Shown piece by piece: positions 30,031 to 39,324 of a stretch of DNA of 64,000 nucleotides (positions are counted from its first letter, which is position 1; each line of letters opens with the position of its first letter). The notes under the pieces were generated by a model. That model saw only the letters and a program-made list of their open reading frames with translations, had not been told where the DNA came from and did not search any database. The position numbers were made by a program, and so were the translations under genes. This DNA is from Candidatus Eiseniibacteriota bacterium (lineage in GTDB: Bacteria; Eisenbacteria; RBG-16-71-46; CAVPCR01), in assembly GCA_963702435.1 (NCBI GenBank), contig CAVPCR010000003.1, forward strand, positions 128,001 through 192,000, in the 5' to 3' direction.

Positions 30031-30750
30031 TCACCCGGCCGCCGGCTCTCCTGCCTCGTCCCCCTGGAATCGATAGCCGACCTTGTGCACGGTCTGGATG
30101 TAGCGGCCGCGCGTCGCGTCGCCCTCGAGCTTCTTCCGGAGCTTCGCGATGTGGGTGTCCACGGTGCGCGTGTTGGGGATCGCGTCCTCCGCATAGCCCC
30201 ACACCTGATCGAGGAGCTCGTCGCGCGACACGATCTGCCCGCGGCGCCGGACGAAAAAGCGCACGATCTCGAACTCCTTGAAGGACAGGGGAACCGGCTT
30301 CCCGCCGCGCGTCACCTGGCGCCCCTCGAAGTCCACTTCGACGTCGCCGAAGCGAAAGCGAGCCGGCACCGGAGACTCGACCTGGCCGCCCGCCCTGCGC
30401 AGGACCGCCCCGATGCGCGCGAGGAGCTCGCGCACCGAGAAAGGCTTGGTCACGTAGTCGTCGGCGCCGAGCCCGAGCCCGGTGATCTTGTCGGTTTCCT
30501 GTCCCTTCGCCGTGAGGATGACGACCGGGGTGCGCACGCCGTCCTGGCGGAGCCGCTTCAGGATCTCGAGGCCGCCGAGCCCCGGGAGCATGAGGTCGAG
30601 GAGGATGAGATCGACACCGCTCTTCTTCGCCGCTTCCAGGCCGGCGTACCCGTCGCCCGCCAGCACCACCTGGTGCCCCTCGAACTCGAGGTTGTAGCGG
30701 AGCCCCTCCCGCATCGCGGGCTCGTCCTCGATCACCAGGATCTGCGCCAT
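30031..30750 (-). CDS. OmpR/PhoB-family response regulator
   Basis: ILVIEDE, LILLDLMLP, LTAK, GADDYVTKPF, winged helix RTVDTHIAKLRKKL...IQTVHKVGYRF; RBS AGGAGG. Confidence 0.95.
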   Translation of the reverse strand: MAQILVIEDEPAMREGLRYNLEFEGHQVVLAGDGYAGLEAAKKSGVDLILLDLMLPGLGGLEILKRLRQDGVRTPVVILTAKGQETDKITGLGLGADDYVTKPFSVRELLARIGAVLRRAGGQVESPVPARFRFGDVEVDFEGRQVTRGGKPVPLSFKEFEIVRFFVRRRGQIVSRDELLDQVWGYAEDAIPNTRTVDTHIAKLRKKLEGDATRGRYIQTVHKVGYRFQGDEAGEPAAG

Positions 30751-30776
30751 GCTTCCTCCTGAGCTCCCGGTCTCCC

Positions 30777-30876
30777 GCGGGCCGCTCGCTCCGCCTCGAT
30801 GGCGGCCGCTCACTCCGCCTCGTCGCGGCCGCTCACTCCGCCTCGTCGCGGCCGCTCACTCCGCCTCGTCGCGGCC
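30777..30876. repeat. 23-bp tandem repeat (GCGGCCGCTCACTCCGCCTCGTC), 3 exact copies plus 1 degenerate copy
   Basis: Exact copies at 30802, 30825 and 30848; the unit includes the kinase stop codon. Confidence 0.9.
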
Positions 30877-32484
30877 CGGCCGCTCCGCGATCGGCAGCTC
30901 GATCGTGAAGGTGGATCCTTCGCCCGGCCGCGACCGGAGATGGACTCGCCCGCCGTGGGCGGCGGCGATGTGCTTAACGAGCGTGAGTCCGAGACCGGAG
31001 CCCTTCACGCCCTGCGCGATCGCGTCGTTCGCCCGATAGAAGAGATCGAAGATGCGATCCTGCTCGCTGGGCGGGATGCCGGCGCCGTGATCGCTCACGG
31101 CGAGGAGAGCGCTCCGCCCCTGCCGGCGGAGAGTGACCTCGATCTGCCGCTCACCGTTCGAGTACTTGATCGCGTTGTCGAGCAGGTTGAGGAGCGCGCG
31201 CGTGATGGCCTCCGGATCGCAGCGCGCGACGAGCGGTCCCGGGTCGAACTGGCGGTGGACGGCGATGCCTTGCTCGTCGAGATGGTACCGATAGGCGTCG
31301 AGGGTCTCGGCGACGACCTGGACCAGGTCGGTCTCGGTCAGGTTGTAGGTGCCGCGGCCGGCATCGATGCGCGAGATGTCGAGCACGTTGTTGATGAGAT
31401 GGGTCAGACGCTGGGCCTCGCGCGAGATCACCTGCAGGAACTCGCGGGAGCGCTCCGGGTCGGCCACGCGCCCGAGCTCGAGGGTCTCGGCATAGAGCCG
31501 GATCAGCGCGATCGGGGTCTTGAGCTCGTGCGAGACGCTCGAGACGAAGCGCGATTTCTGCTCCGCCGCCTCGATCTCGCGATCCATCCAGCGCAGGAGA
31601 AAGATGCTGCCGAGGAGGATGACGAAGACCATGCCGGCGATCAGTGCAACGTGCGTGGTGCGGATCGAGCGCACCCAGGCCTTGTACTCGTGGTCCTCGA
31701 GGCTGACGCCGACGCGCCAGAAGGGCAGGACGCGGCGGAAAGGCTGGGCGGCGATCAGATCGGCGCCCGGTTGCGAGCGGCTCTCGAAGAGGACGGCGCC
31801 GCGCTCGTCGATCACCGAGACCGAGACGTGATCGCGCAGGTACCCGGCCCGGAAGATGGCCTTGCCGCCGGGCGGCCCGGCGGCGAAGAGGCCGGGGAGG
31901 ACGACATCGGCGCAATGCCGGAGGTCCCAGATCAGGACGACGGTGCCGAGGAGCTCGCGCTGCCACGACCGCATCGTGAAGTAGGTGACCTGGAAGGGAC
32001 GCCCGCGATCGTCGCCCGCCAGACGGCGGAGCGGCGCCGGCCCGTGCGCGTCCTCCGTGAGCGAAGCCCAGGCCGGACCCAGCGAGCGGAGAACCGCCGC
32101 GTCGGTGCGCTCCTGCCAGGTGGCGCGCTCCGGGAAGATGAGGGTCGAGTCCGGCAGCACGCAGTAGACCAGCTGATAGGCAGGGATCGCGGTGAGCTGG
32201 GTCAGGAGAGCGGGCACCTCGGCCGGGCTCTCGGGAGGATTGGCGCGGATCGCGACCATCAGGCGCTGCTCCTCCGTCCACAGCTCGTTCTCGGCATGGT
32301 CGATCGAGAGCTCGGCCAGGTATTCGCCGTAGTCGCTCCAGCTCCGCCGGCCCAGGGATTCGAGTCGGTCGAGGAGGCTCAGGGCGAGCACCGAAAGGAG
32401 GATCGCCGGCAGGAGGAGCACGCCGACGACCAGGAGGATGAGGGAGCGCCGCCGGGGCGAGCGCAAGATCGGGAGATCCAGCAT
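30856..32484 (-). CDS. Membrane sensor histidine kinase
   Basis: Two TM helices, H-box VSHELKTP, N-box NLLDNAIKYS, DHGAGI, GSGLGL, GSTF. Confidence 0.95.
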   Translation of the reverse strand: MLDLPILRSPRRRSLILLVVGVLLLPAILLSVLALSLLDRLESLGRRSWSDYGEYLAELSIDHAENELWTEEQRLMVAIRANPPESPAEVPALLTQLTAIPAYQLVYCVLPDSTLIFPERATWQERTDAAVLRSLGPAWASLTEDAHGPAPLRRLAGDDRGRPFQVTYFTMRSWQRELLGTVVLIWDLRHCADVVLPGLFAAGPPGGKAIFRAGYLRDHVSVSVIDERGAVLFESRSQPGADLIAAQPFRRVLPFWRVGVSLEDHEYKAWVRSIRTTHVALIAGMVFVILLGSIFLLRWMDREIEAAEQKSRFVSSVSHELKTPIALIRLYAETLELGRVADPERSREFLQVISREAQRLTHLINNVLDISRIDAGRGTYNLTETDLVQVVAETLDAYRYHLDEQGIAVHRQFDPGPLVARCDPEAITRALLNLLDNAIKYSNGERQIEVTLRRQGRSALLAVSDHGAGIPPSEQDRIFDLFYRANDAIAQGVKGSGLGLTLVKHIAAAHGGRVHLRSRPGEGSTFTIELPIAERPGRDEAE

Positions 32485-32611
32485 GCGTGATCAGCTCGGA
32501 AGACCCCGCCCGCCGGAAGCGGCCGGGACGGAGATCCCGGGCGCATTATCCCACAGGCCGGGAAGCGCGACCGGCGGCGTTCCGCCATCGCCCGCGCCGG
32601 CCGATGCCCGG

Positions 32612-32646
32612 AAAAAGCAAGGAGGGAGAGATCGCTCTCTCCCTCC
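32612..32646 (-). terminator. Intrinsic terminator downstream of the Cys-rich protein gene
   Basis: 11-bp stem GGAGGGAGAGA/TCTCTCCCTCC, GCGA loop on the minus strand, followed by TTGCTTTTT. Confidence 0.8.
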
Positions 32647-32747
32647 CCTGAGCTTGCGACGACGCCACTGCCCGTCCGGAGACTACCGATCGCCCCCCTG
32701 TGACCGGCCGGACGGCATCCGGGCGCCGCCGCGCTGAGGGGGATCCC

Positions 32748-33287
32748 TCAGGATCCCCGCACACCCTTTTCCTTGGTCTCCTGCGATGCCAGCTCGTGCA
32801 GGGCTCGCACCACGTTCTGGTCGTCGGACGTGATGATCGTGAACACCCCGTGCACCGAGTTGGCCACCTCGAAGCTCGCTCCCTTGAGCCGCCCGAGGAG
32901 CTCCCTGCAGGCGGGACACGCCTTGCACGACTGAGGCCGCTTCCAGTACTCCTCGCGGAGCTTCTGCTTCTCGAACGTGTACTGCTGGAGCTCGACCACC
33001 GCCTCGGGCCGGTCGCACCGGAGGTGGATCACCACCCCGTTGGGTAACGCCCCCACTTCCCGTGTCGCCCCGCCCATCGCGCCGGCATGCCGCGCGTAGG
33101 AGGCGCAGAAATCACACTCCCCGGCATGGGCTGCACCCTTTTCTCCCGGGTTCTCCGGCGGGCCCCCCGCGGTGTCCTGTGGTCGGGCCACGCCCACCAT
33201 CACGGCGACGGCCGTGGCCACCGCCATGCGCATCACTACGGCCAATCTGTCCATCTTCACCTGGGCCCTGCCGGTTCTCCGTTCCAT
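32748..33287 (-). CDS. Exported Cys-rich hypothetical protein
   Basis: Hydrophobic signal-like N-terminus; CDFC and CKACPAC motifs; internal duplication (NGVVIHLRCD / HGVFTIITSD); GC3-rich codons. Confidence 0.65.
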   Translation of the reverse strand: MERRTGRAQVKMDRLAVVMRMAVATAVAVMVGVARPQDTAGGPPENPGEKGAAHAGECDFCASYARHAGAMGGATREVGALPNGVVIHLRCDRPEAVVELQQYTFEKQKLREEYWKRPQSCKACPACRELLGRLKGASFEVANSVHGVFTIITSDDQNVVRALHELASQETKEKGVRGS

Positions 33288-33331
33288 CCACGCCGCGAGG
33301 GGCTGCCCCAGGCTGCTGCGACCGACGCCCT

Positions 33332-33397
33332 AATCTACCCGGGAGCCGCGACGCAGGTTGTCACCCGCAAGTGAACCCCCTGCAAACTCTTTGTGAA
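33332..33397 (-). promoter_or_regulatory. Four 11-bp-phased hexamers (TTCACA/TTTGCA/TTCACT/GTGACA) plus -10 TAGATT: OmpR/PhoB-type activator site
   Basis: Hexamers at 33392-97, 33381-86, 33370-75 and 33359-64, each separated by exactly 5 nt. Confidence 0.6.
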
Positions 33398-33764
33398 CGG
33401 CGCGGCCGCGGGCGCCGGCAGGAAGGGGCGTCACGCGGCGGCCACGCAGCAGTTTGCATGCTGCCCGCCATGCCCGGGGATCGTGTTCCGGAGCGGAGGC
33501 TCCCCCCGGGCCGCGGGGCGAAGGGCACCCCGGCGCCGCCGGAGGACCTACCCGGGCCCCAGACCGGAAGATGCCGGCTGGGGCGGCTGCCCCGGGGGCG
33601 CCGGCCTCCGACAGCGAGGCAAAAGGCGGATCTCCATGGCCGCGGGAACGAACTGTGCTAATGACGGGTAGGAACCGGGGAGACCGGGGGCCGGCCCGGC
33701 TGACCCGGCTGACCCGGCGGCTGCATTCCCCGGCTGGTCGCTCGACAAAGGGGTGATCGTTCCG

Positions 33765-33962
33765 ATGCGCGTCAAAGTGGTGGATCAGAGGTCCTTCGAG
33801 AAGGCGCTCCGGCGTTTCAAGCGCGAGTGCATTCGCGAGGGGATCATGTCGGACATGAGAAAGAGCGAGTTCTACGACAAGCCGAGCGTCAAGCGGCGCC
33901 GGAAGGCCAACCGCGCCCGCCGCCGGCGGTTGCGCATGATCGCCGAAGCGCAGGGCGACTAG
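33765..33962 (+). CDS. rpsU: 30S ribosomal protein bS21
   Basis: FEKALRRFKRECIREGIMSDMRKSEFYDKPSVKRRRK. Confidence 0.95.
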   Translation: MRVKVVDQRSFEKALRRFKRECIREGIMSDMRKSEFYDKPSVKRRRKANRARRRRLRMIAEAQGD

Positions 33963-33995
33963 AGCCCCGCACCCGTCTCGACAGAGCCACGATGC

Positions 33996-34028
33996 AGGGC
34001 CCGTCCCGCTTCCGGCGGGGCGGGCCTT
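33996..34028 (+). terminator. Hairpin downstream of rpsU
   Basis: AGGGCCCGTCCCGC-TTCCG-GCGGGGCGGGCCCT. Confidence 0.55.
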
Positions 34029-34129
34029 CGTACGCGTACCCGGCCCGCTGCGCCGGCGCCTGCCGGGTGTATGGTTGGGGTGTCCTGTGCCGACCCCGCG
34101 GACCCACCCGTCCCGAGAGCGAGGGCACC

Positions 34130-36421
34130 ATGCCGCCGCTTGCCGCATCACGGACGATGTCGTTCTTCTGTCTGGCCCTCATCGTCTCGATCGGACTCGA
34201 CGCCCCGGTCGCCCGGAGCGCCGATCCCCTGTGGTCCGATGTGGATGCCGGCTCCATTCCGGGCGCCGGTCTCCGCGCGGACCAGCATCGCCCCGGCCGC
34301 ACGCTCGTTCTCGATGTGGGCCGGCTCGACCGGGAGCTCTCCCGCGCTCCCCGCGAGGGAACCGCGGCGGCCGGGGAAGATCCGCTTCTCCTCACCCTCC
34401 CGCTGCCGGACGGGGGCGCGAGCCGTTTCGCGATCGTCGAGTCGCCGCTCCTCGCGCCGGAGCTCGCCGCGCGCCACACGGGGATCCGGACCTACCTGGG
34501 GCGGGGCCTCGATGATCCGACCGCGACGGCGCGGCTGGATCGCACGCCGCACGGATTCCATGCCCTCCTCTTCCTCGCCGCCGGGACGGCGTACATCGAT
34601 CCCTATCAGGGTGGGGATGTCGAGCACTACCTCGCTTACTGGCGGCGCGACGCCCATGGCCCGGGTCTGTCGTGCCGGGTCATCGACGAGATCGGGGCCG
34701 CAGCGGAGATTCGCTCCCTGGTGGCGAGCGGGCTCGTCGCCGGGCACGGCACCCAGCTCCGCACGTATCGCGCCGCGGTCGCCGCGACCGGGGAGTACAC
34801 GGCCTTCCATGGCGGCACCGTGCCGCTGGGACTCGCCGCGGTGACGACGGCGATGAACCGCGTGACCGGGGTCTACGAGCGCGAGGTCGCGTTGCGCATG
34901 CAGCTCGTGGCCGGCAACGACCTCCTCATCTACACGAACCCGAACACCGATCCCTACTCCAACTACGACGGCGCCGCCATGCTGGGCGAGAATCAGACCG
35001 TCCTCGACGCGGTGATCGGCAACGGCAATTACGACATCGGACACGTCTTCTCGACCGGCGGCGGAGGGATCGCCTATCTCGGCGTGGTCTGTGTCGGCGG
35101 CTACAAGGCGCGCGGCGTGACCGGATCGCCTTCCCCGGCCGGCGATGCGTTCTACATCGACTACGTCGCGCACGAGGTGGGGCACCAGTTCGGCGGCCAT
35201 CACACGTTCAACGGAAATGCCGGCGCCTGCGGCATGGGCGGGCAGTGGTACGCGCCCACCGCTCACGAGCCGGGGAGCGGCTCGACCATCATGGCCTACG
35301 CCGGCATCTGCGCGCCGCAGGACCTGCAGCTCCATAGCGACGCCTACTTCCACTTCGCGAGCCTCCAGGAGATTGTGGCCTACACAACAATTGGTAGTGG
35401 CAATGGTTGTGCATCAGTCGCGCCGACCGGGGTGGTGGTGCCGGGGGTCCAGGCCGGGACCGGCGGGTTCACGCTGCCGAAGGGCACTCCGTTCACCCTG
35501 ACCGCCACGGCCACCGTGGCCGGTACTCCCACCTACTGCTGGGAGGAGTCCGATCTCGGACCGCAGGGGCCCCCGAACTCCCCGTCCGGGACCGCCCCGA
35601 TCTTCCGCTCCTTCAGCCCGGTGGCCGACGCCCGGCGCACCTTCCCACGATTGTCGGACATCCTCACCAACTCGCAGACGATCGGCGAGCTCCTGCCGAG
35701 CTATGCGCGGAGCCTCTCCTTCCGGGTGACCGTACGCGACGTGCAGGCGGGCGGGATCGGGGTCGAGAGCGCCGCGCTCGCTCTCAGCGTGACCGGGGCG
35801 GCCGGGCCGTTCGTCGTGACCTACCCGAACACGACCGGGCTCCAGTTGACCGGCGGCGGCCCGCTGACCGTGACCTGGAGCGTGGCCGGCACGAGCGCGC
35901 CGCCCGTGAACTGCCAGAGCGTGAACGTCAGATTCTCGACGGACAACGGGACGAGCTTCCCGACGACGCTCGCCGCGGGGACGCCGAACGACGGGAGCGA
36001 GACCGTGCTCCTCCCCAACGTCTCGGCGCTCGTCGCCCGCATCAAGGTGGAGGCGGCGGATCATGTCTTCTTCGACATCGGCAACTCGTTCCGCGTCACC
36101 CCGGGGACCGGTGTGGAGGATACGGCGCCGGCGGCGGTCGGGCGGGGGCTCGTGCTCGCCGCGAATCGCCCGAATCCGTTCCATCCACGGACGCAGATCA
36201 CCTTCACGCTGCCCGTGGCGGGACCGGTCGCGCTCAGCGTGTACGACCTCTCGGGACGCCTGGTGCGGACGCTCGTTGCCGGCTCGCGGCCGGCCGGCCC
36301 GCAGGCCGCGTCCTGGGACGGGAGGGACGAGCGCGGGCTGCCCGTGGCTTCCGGGATCTACCTCTACGAGCTCACCGCCGGCGCCGAGCGCGCGACGCGG
36401 CGCATGCTGCTTCTGAAATAG
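34130..36421 (+). CDS. Secreted reprolysin-like (M12B) zinc metalloprotease with C-terminal FlgD-Ig/CTD-like domain
   Basis: Signal peptide, YDIGHVF, AHEVGHQFGGHH, Met-turn GSTIMAY; tail PNPFHPRT.I.F.....WDGRDERGLPVASGIYLY. Confidence 0.92.
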   Translation: MPPLAASRTMSFFCLALIVSIGLDAPVARSADPLWSDVDAGSIPGAGLRADQHRPGRTLVLDVGRLDRELSRAPREGTAAAGEDPLLLTLPLPDGGASRFAIVESPLLAPELAARHTGIRTYLGRGLDDPTATARLDRTPHGFHALLFLAAGTAYIDPYQGGDVEHYLAYWRRDAHGPGLSCRVIDEIGAAAEIRSLVASGLVAGHGTQLRTYRAAVAATGEYTAFHGGTVPLGLAAVTTAMNRVTGVYEREVALRMQLVAGNDLLIYTNPNTDPYSNYDGAAMLGENQTVLDAVIGNGNYDIGHVFSTGGGGIAYLGVVCVGGYKARGVTGSPSPAGDAFYIDYVAHEVGHQFGGHHTFNGNAGACGMGGQWYAPTAHEPGSGSTIMAYAGICAPQDLQLHSDAYFHFASLQEIVAYTTIGSGNGCASVAPTGVVVPGVQAGTGGFTLPKGTPFTLTATATVAGTPTYCWEESDLGPQGPPNSPSGTAPIFRSFSPVADARRTFPRLSDILTNSQTIGELLPSYARSLSFRVTVRDVQAGGIGVESAALALSVTGAAGPFVVTYPNTTGLQLTGGGPLTVTWSVAGTSAPPVNCQSVNVRFSTDNGTSFPTTLAAGTPNDGSETVLLPNVSALVARIKVEAADHVFFDIGNSFRVTPGTGVEDTAPAAVGRGLVLAANRPNPFHPRTQITFTLPVAGPVALSVYDLSGRLVRTLVAGSRPAGPQAASWDGRDERGLPVASGIYLYELTAGAERATRRMLLLK

Positions 36422-36438
36422 TGTGGAACGACCGCGCG

Positions 36439-38571
36439 TCACGGTGGGTTCGCCGCCCCGCCGAGGGCGGCGAGCCCGCGGCGCGCGCGCTCGTCGGCGG
36501 GCGCGACCTCGATCGCGCGCGCGAAGTGACGGCGAGCGGCGACCTCGTCCCCGGCTCGCGCGGCCACGCGCCCGCGAGCGAGAAGGACCTCGAGGTGATC
36601 GCTGCCCCCCGGGGCGGCGGCGGCCGCTGCGAGCTCCCGTTCCGCGGTGGGGAGGTCCCCGTCCAGCTCGGCGAGGAGACCGAGGTTCAGACGGGCGGCC
36701 CCGTCGTCCGGATCGAGGGCGAGCACCCGCTCGAACCCGGCGCGCGCGGAGTCGCGCCGGCCGGCGCGGGCGGCGGCGAGCGCCCGGGCGAAGAGGGCTC
36801 CGGCCTCGGCTGACCGCGCCGGGCGCGCCCGGGTCGTGTCGGCGGCGCCGCGGGCCCGCGCGAGAGCGCCGGCGATGCGCGGGTCGCCGGGCGCGCGGGC
36901 GGCGGCCGCGGCCAGCGCGCGCACGGCCTCTTCGCGGCGCCCGAGCTCGAGCTCGGCGAGACCGAGGCCGAGGAGGCTCGCCGCGCCGCCCGGATCCAGG
37001 GCGAGCGCCTGCCGGTACTCGGCGGCGGCGTCCCGGTAGCGACCCTCGCGGAAGTAGGCGTTGGCCAGGTTGTGCGACGCCGCGGCGATCTCCCGATAAC
37101 CGGCCGCTAGCTCGAGCTCGCGGCGAGCGCCGGCCGCGTCCCCGTTCTCCGCCAGCACCGTGGACTTGATGAGGTGGGTCTCCGCGCGGCTGAACTCGGG
37201 GTGGGGCGCGAACGCCGAGACGAGCACGAGCACCCCGGTCGACGCGGCGAGCGCGCCGAGCCGGCGCCCGTCCCCCGCCCGCACCGCGCCGAGGGCCGCT
37301 TCGAGCGCGGCCGCCGCGCCCAGCGCGAGCACCGGCCAGAGGAGGAGCCGGTAACGATCGGTCACGAAGAAGAGGGCGAGGACGAGGAGGATGAGCGCCG
37401 TGGTGAGAGCGAGCCAGCCGGCGGCAGGAGCGCGGCGCGCGAGGAGCAAGGCGATCCCGACCAGGCCGAGCGGGCCGAGCCACACGAAGCGGACCGGGGT
37501 CCAGGCGAGAACGGGCGAGAGCGCGGCGAAGTAGGCGAGCGGATAGTGGTTCGGCACCTCGTAATGATTCACGGCCAGGAGCAGTTTCTTGCCGAAGAGA
37601 GCGGCGGCCGCGACCGGGTTCGCGGCGATCCAGGTCATGGTCTCCCCCGTCCAGAAGCGGGAGACCGCGGCCGGACCGAGCGCCGTGTCGTCGCGGGCGG
37701 CGACGGCCGCGGCGCGCGCCGACGGGTAGAGACCGAAGCTCGAGTTCACGAGCCCGGACGCCGGCGGCAGATCGAAGCCGCCCCCCGCGCCGGCATGGTT
37801 CCCGATGTAGAAGTTGACGCCGGCGCCCGCGGAGAGCCCCACCCACTGCCCGCTCGTTCGATGCTGGAGCCAGCTGAAGCAGAGGAACGAGACCGCCGCG
37901 CCGAGCAGGAGCGACGCGAGGCGGCGGCGGCGCGGGCCGCGGGCCAGCGCCGCCGGCACCGCGCCCGGCACGAAGGCGAGGGCCTGCGGCTGCCCGGCCG
38001 CCGCGGCCGTGAAGGCCGCCCCGGCCGCGAAGAGGAGAGCGCTCCCCTCCCCCTCGAACGCCCGCGCCACGGCGTAGACGCCGAGCGCGAGGAGCAGGAG
38101 GACCGCGCTCGCGGCGAGGAGCTCGCCGTCGAAGAAGAGGGCGACCGGGGAGGCGGCGATCGCAAGCCCCGCCACGAGGGCCGCCCGCCGTCCGAGGAGC
38201 CGCCCCGCGGCGGCCGCCACGAGCGTCGCGGCGAGGACGCCGCCGGCCGCCTGGAGCCAGCGCACGAGCCCGAGCGCCTCCCCGGCGAGCGCGAACACCG
38301 CCGCGAGGAGGAACGGGTAGAGCGGGGCCGTGAAGGCGTGCGCCGCCGCGACCTCGCCCGCGAGGAGGGCGCGGGCACGAGCGACGTAGACCTCGCTGTC
38401 CCCGGTGACCGCCTGGAACAGGGGATCGTGCTGCACCGAGAGCAGGTGGACGATCCGGAGGACGCCGGCGGCCCCCGCGACGAGGAGGAGATCGCGCGGG
38501 CGGACCGGGGAGGGGCGGGCCGGGGCCCGCGCTTCGCGCTCAGCGCCGAGCGGCATCGCGCGCGCTCGCAA
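36439..38571 (-). CDS. GT-C (PMT/ArnT-like) membrane glycosyltransferase fused to C-terminal TPR repeats
   Basis: GDSEVY...PLYPFLLA, many TM helices, GVNFYIGN, FFVTDRYR, then TPRs (HNLANAYFREGRYRDAAAEYRQALALDP). Confidence 0.8.
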   Translation of the reverse strand: MRARAMPLGAEREARAPARPSPVRPRDLLLVAGAAGVLRIVHLLSVQHDPLFQAVTGDSEVYVARARALLAGEVAAAHAFTAPLYPFLLAAVFALAGEALGLVRWLQAAGGVLAATLVAAAAGRLLGRRAALVAGLAIAASPVALFFDGELLAASAVLLLLALGVYAVARAFEGEGSALLFAAGAAFTAAAAGQPQALAFVPGAVPAALARGPRRRRLASLLLGAAVSFLCFSWLQHRTSGQWVGLSAGAGVNFYIGNHAGAGGGFDLPPASGLVNSSFGLYPSARAAAVAARDDTALGPAAVSRFWTGETMTWIAANPVAAAALFGKKLLLAVNHYEVPNHYPLAYFAALSPVLAWTPVRFVWLGPLGLVGIALLLARRAPAAGWLALTTALILLVLALFFVTDRYRLLLWPVLALGAAAALEAALGAVRAGDGRRLGALAASTGVLVLVSAFAPHPEFSRAETHLIKSTVLAENGDAAGARRELELAAGYREIAAASHNLANAYFREGRYRDAAAEYRQALALDPGGAASLLGLGLAELELGRREEAVRALAAAAARAPGDPRIAGALARARGAADTTRARPARSAEAGALFARALAAARAGRRDSARAGFERVLALDPDDGAARLNLGLLAELDGDLPTAERELAAAAAAPGGSDHLEVLLARGRVAARAGDEVAARRHFARAIEVAPADERARRGLAALGGAANPP

Positions 38572-39034
38572 GGAGGAGCCCCGCGGCGAGGAGGAGGACC
38601 GCCCCGTTCACCGCCACCGAGCGCCGGTGCACCGCCATGAACGCCGCGCGCCGCGCCGCCGCGGTCGGCGCATCGAGGCCGGGCACGTTCATCGCGGTGC
38701 GGAGCTCCGCGGCACGCGGGGCGACGGCCTCTCCGGCGTAGATCGTGAGGACGAGCATGAGCGCGAGGAGGACGGCGACGAACCGCCGGCCGCCGATCCC
38801 CTCCTCCTGGCGCTTGCGCGCGAGGGTGATCGCGCTCACGGCGGCCAGCGCGCCGCAGGCCACACCGAGCCGCGAGTAGAGCGGGAAGATGGCGCTCACC
38901 GCATCGCCCGCGAGCTGGGGCTCGAGCGTACGGAAAAGGGTCGGGGCGACGAAGAAGGAGAAGAAGACGAGGCTGCCGAGCCACACCGCGATGGCCGCCA
39001 GGTAGACGAATTCGAGCACGGTACGCATCGTCAT
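38540..39034 (-). CDS. DUF4149-like four-helix membrane protein
   Basis: VWLGSLVFFSFFVAPTLFRTL...AG......FP.Y...F..VHRRSV.VN; RBS AGGAG. Confidence 0.75.
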   Translation of the reverse strand: MTMRTVLEFVYLAAIAVWLGSLVFFSFFVAPTLFRTLEPQLAGDAVSAIFPLYSRLGVACGALAAVSAITLARKRQEEGIGGRRFVAVLLALMLVLTIYAGEAVAPRAAELRTAMNVPGLDAPTAAARRAAFMAVHRRSVAVNGAVLLLAAGLLLASARDAARR

Positions 39035-39287
39035 GGATCGTCTCCTTTCCTGCCGGGAGTGGCCATGGGTCGTCTCCTCTCCCGGCGGAAGTGGCCAGCT
39101 CCGCGCGGGGCGGCCCGGCGCACGCGCCGACTCGTGCGACTCGCCACGCCACGCCCGAGGACTGCGGCCCGCGCATTCTGCCAGACTCCCCCTTGCTGCG
39201 AATACCCCGACCTGCCCTTCGCGCCGGCGCCGCGCGGGCCCCGCCGCGGGAGCCCGGCGGGCATCCGCGCCCGCGCCCGCGCCGGGT

Positions 39288-39315
39288 TTGACCTTCCCCG
39301 GTTCGCCCCTATAAT
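39288..39315 (+). promoter_or_regulatory. sigma70 promoter TTGACC-N16-TATAAT, 9 nt upstream of the methyltransferase ATG
   Basis: Consensus -10 and near-consensus -35 in a very GC-rich background. Confidence 0.75.
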
Positions 39316-39324
39316 CATGCGCGG

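Noticed and set aside
30802..30870. Possible CRISPR or REP array
   Set aside because: Head-to-tail copies with no spacers; a simple tandem duplication.
32546..32555. DnaA box-like TTATCCCACA
   Set aside because: Single imperfect copy; better explained as the extended -10 (TGGGATAAT) of the kinase promoter on the minus strand.
35371..35417. Diversity-generating retroelement variable region
   Set aside because: No template repeat or reverse transcriptase in the window, and the patch is not at a C-terminal ligand-binding domain.
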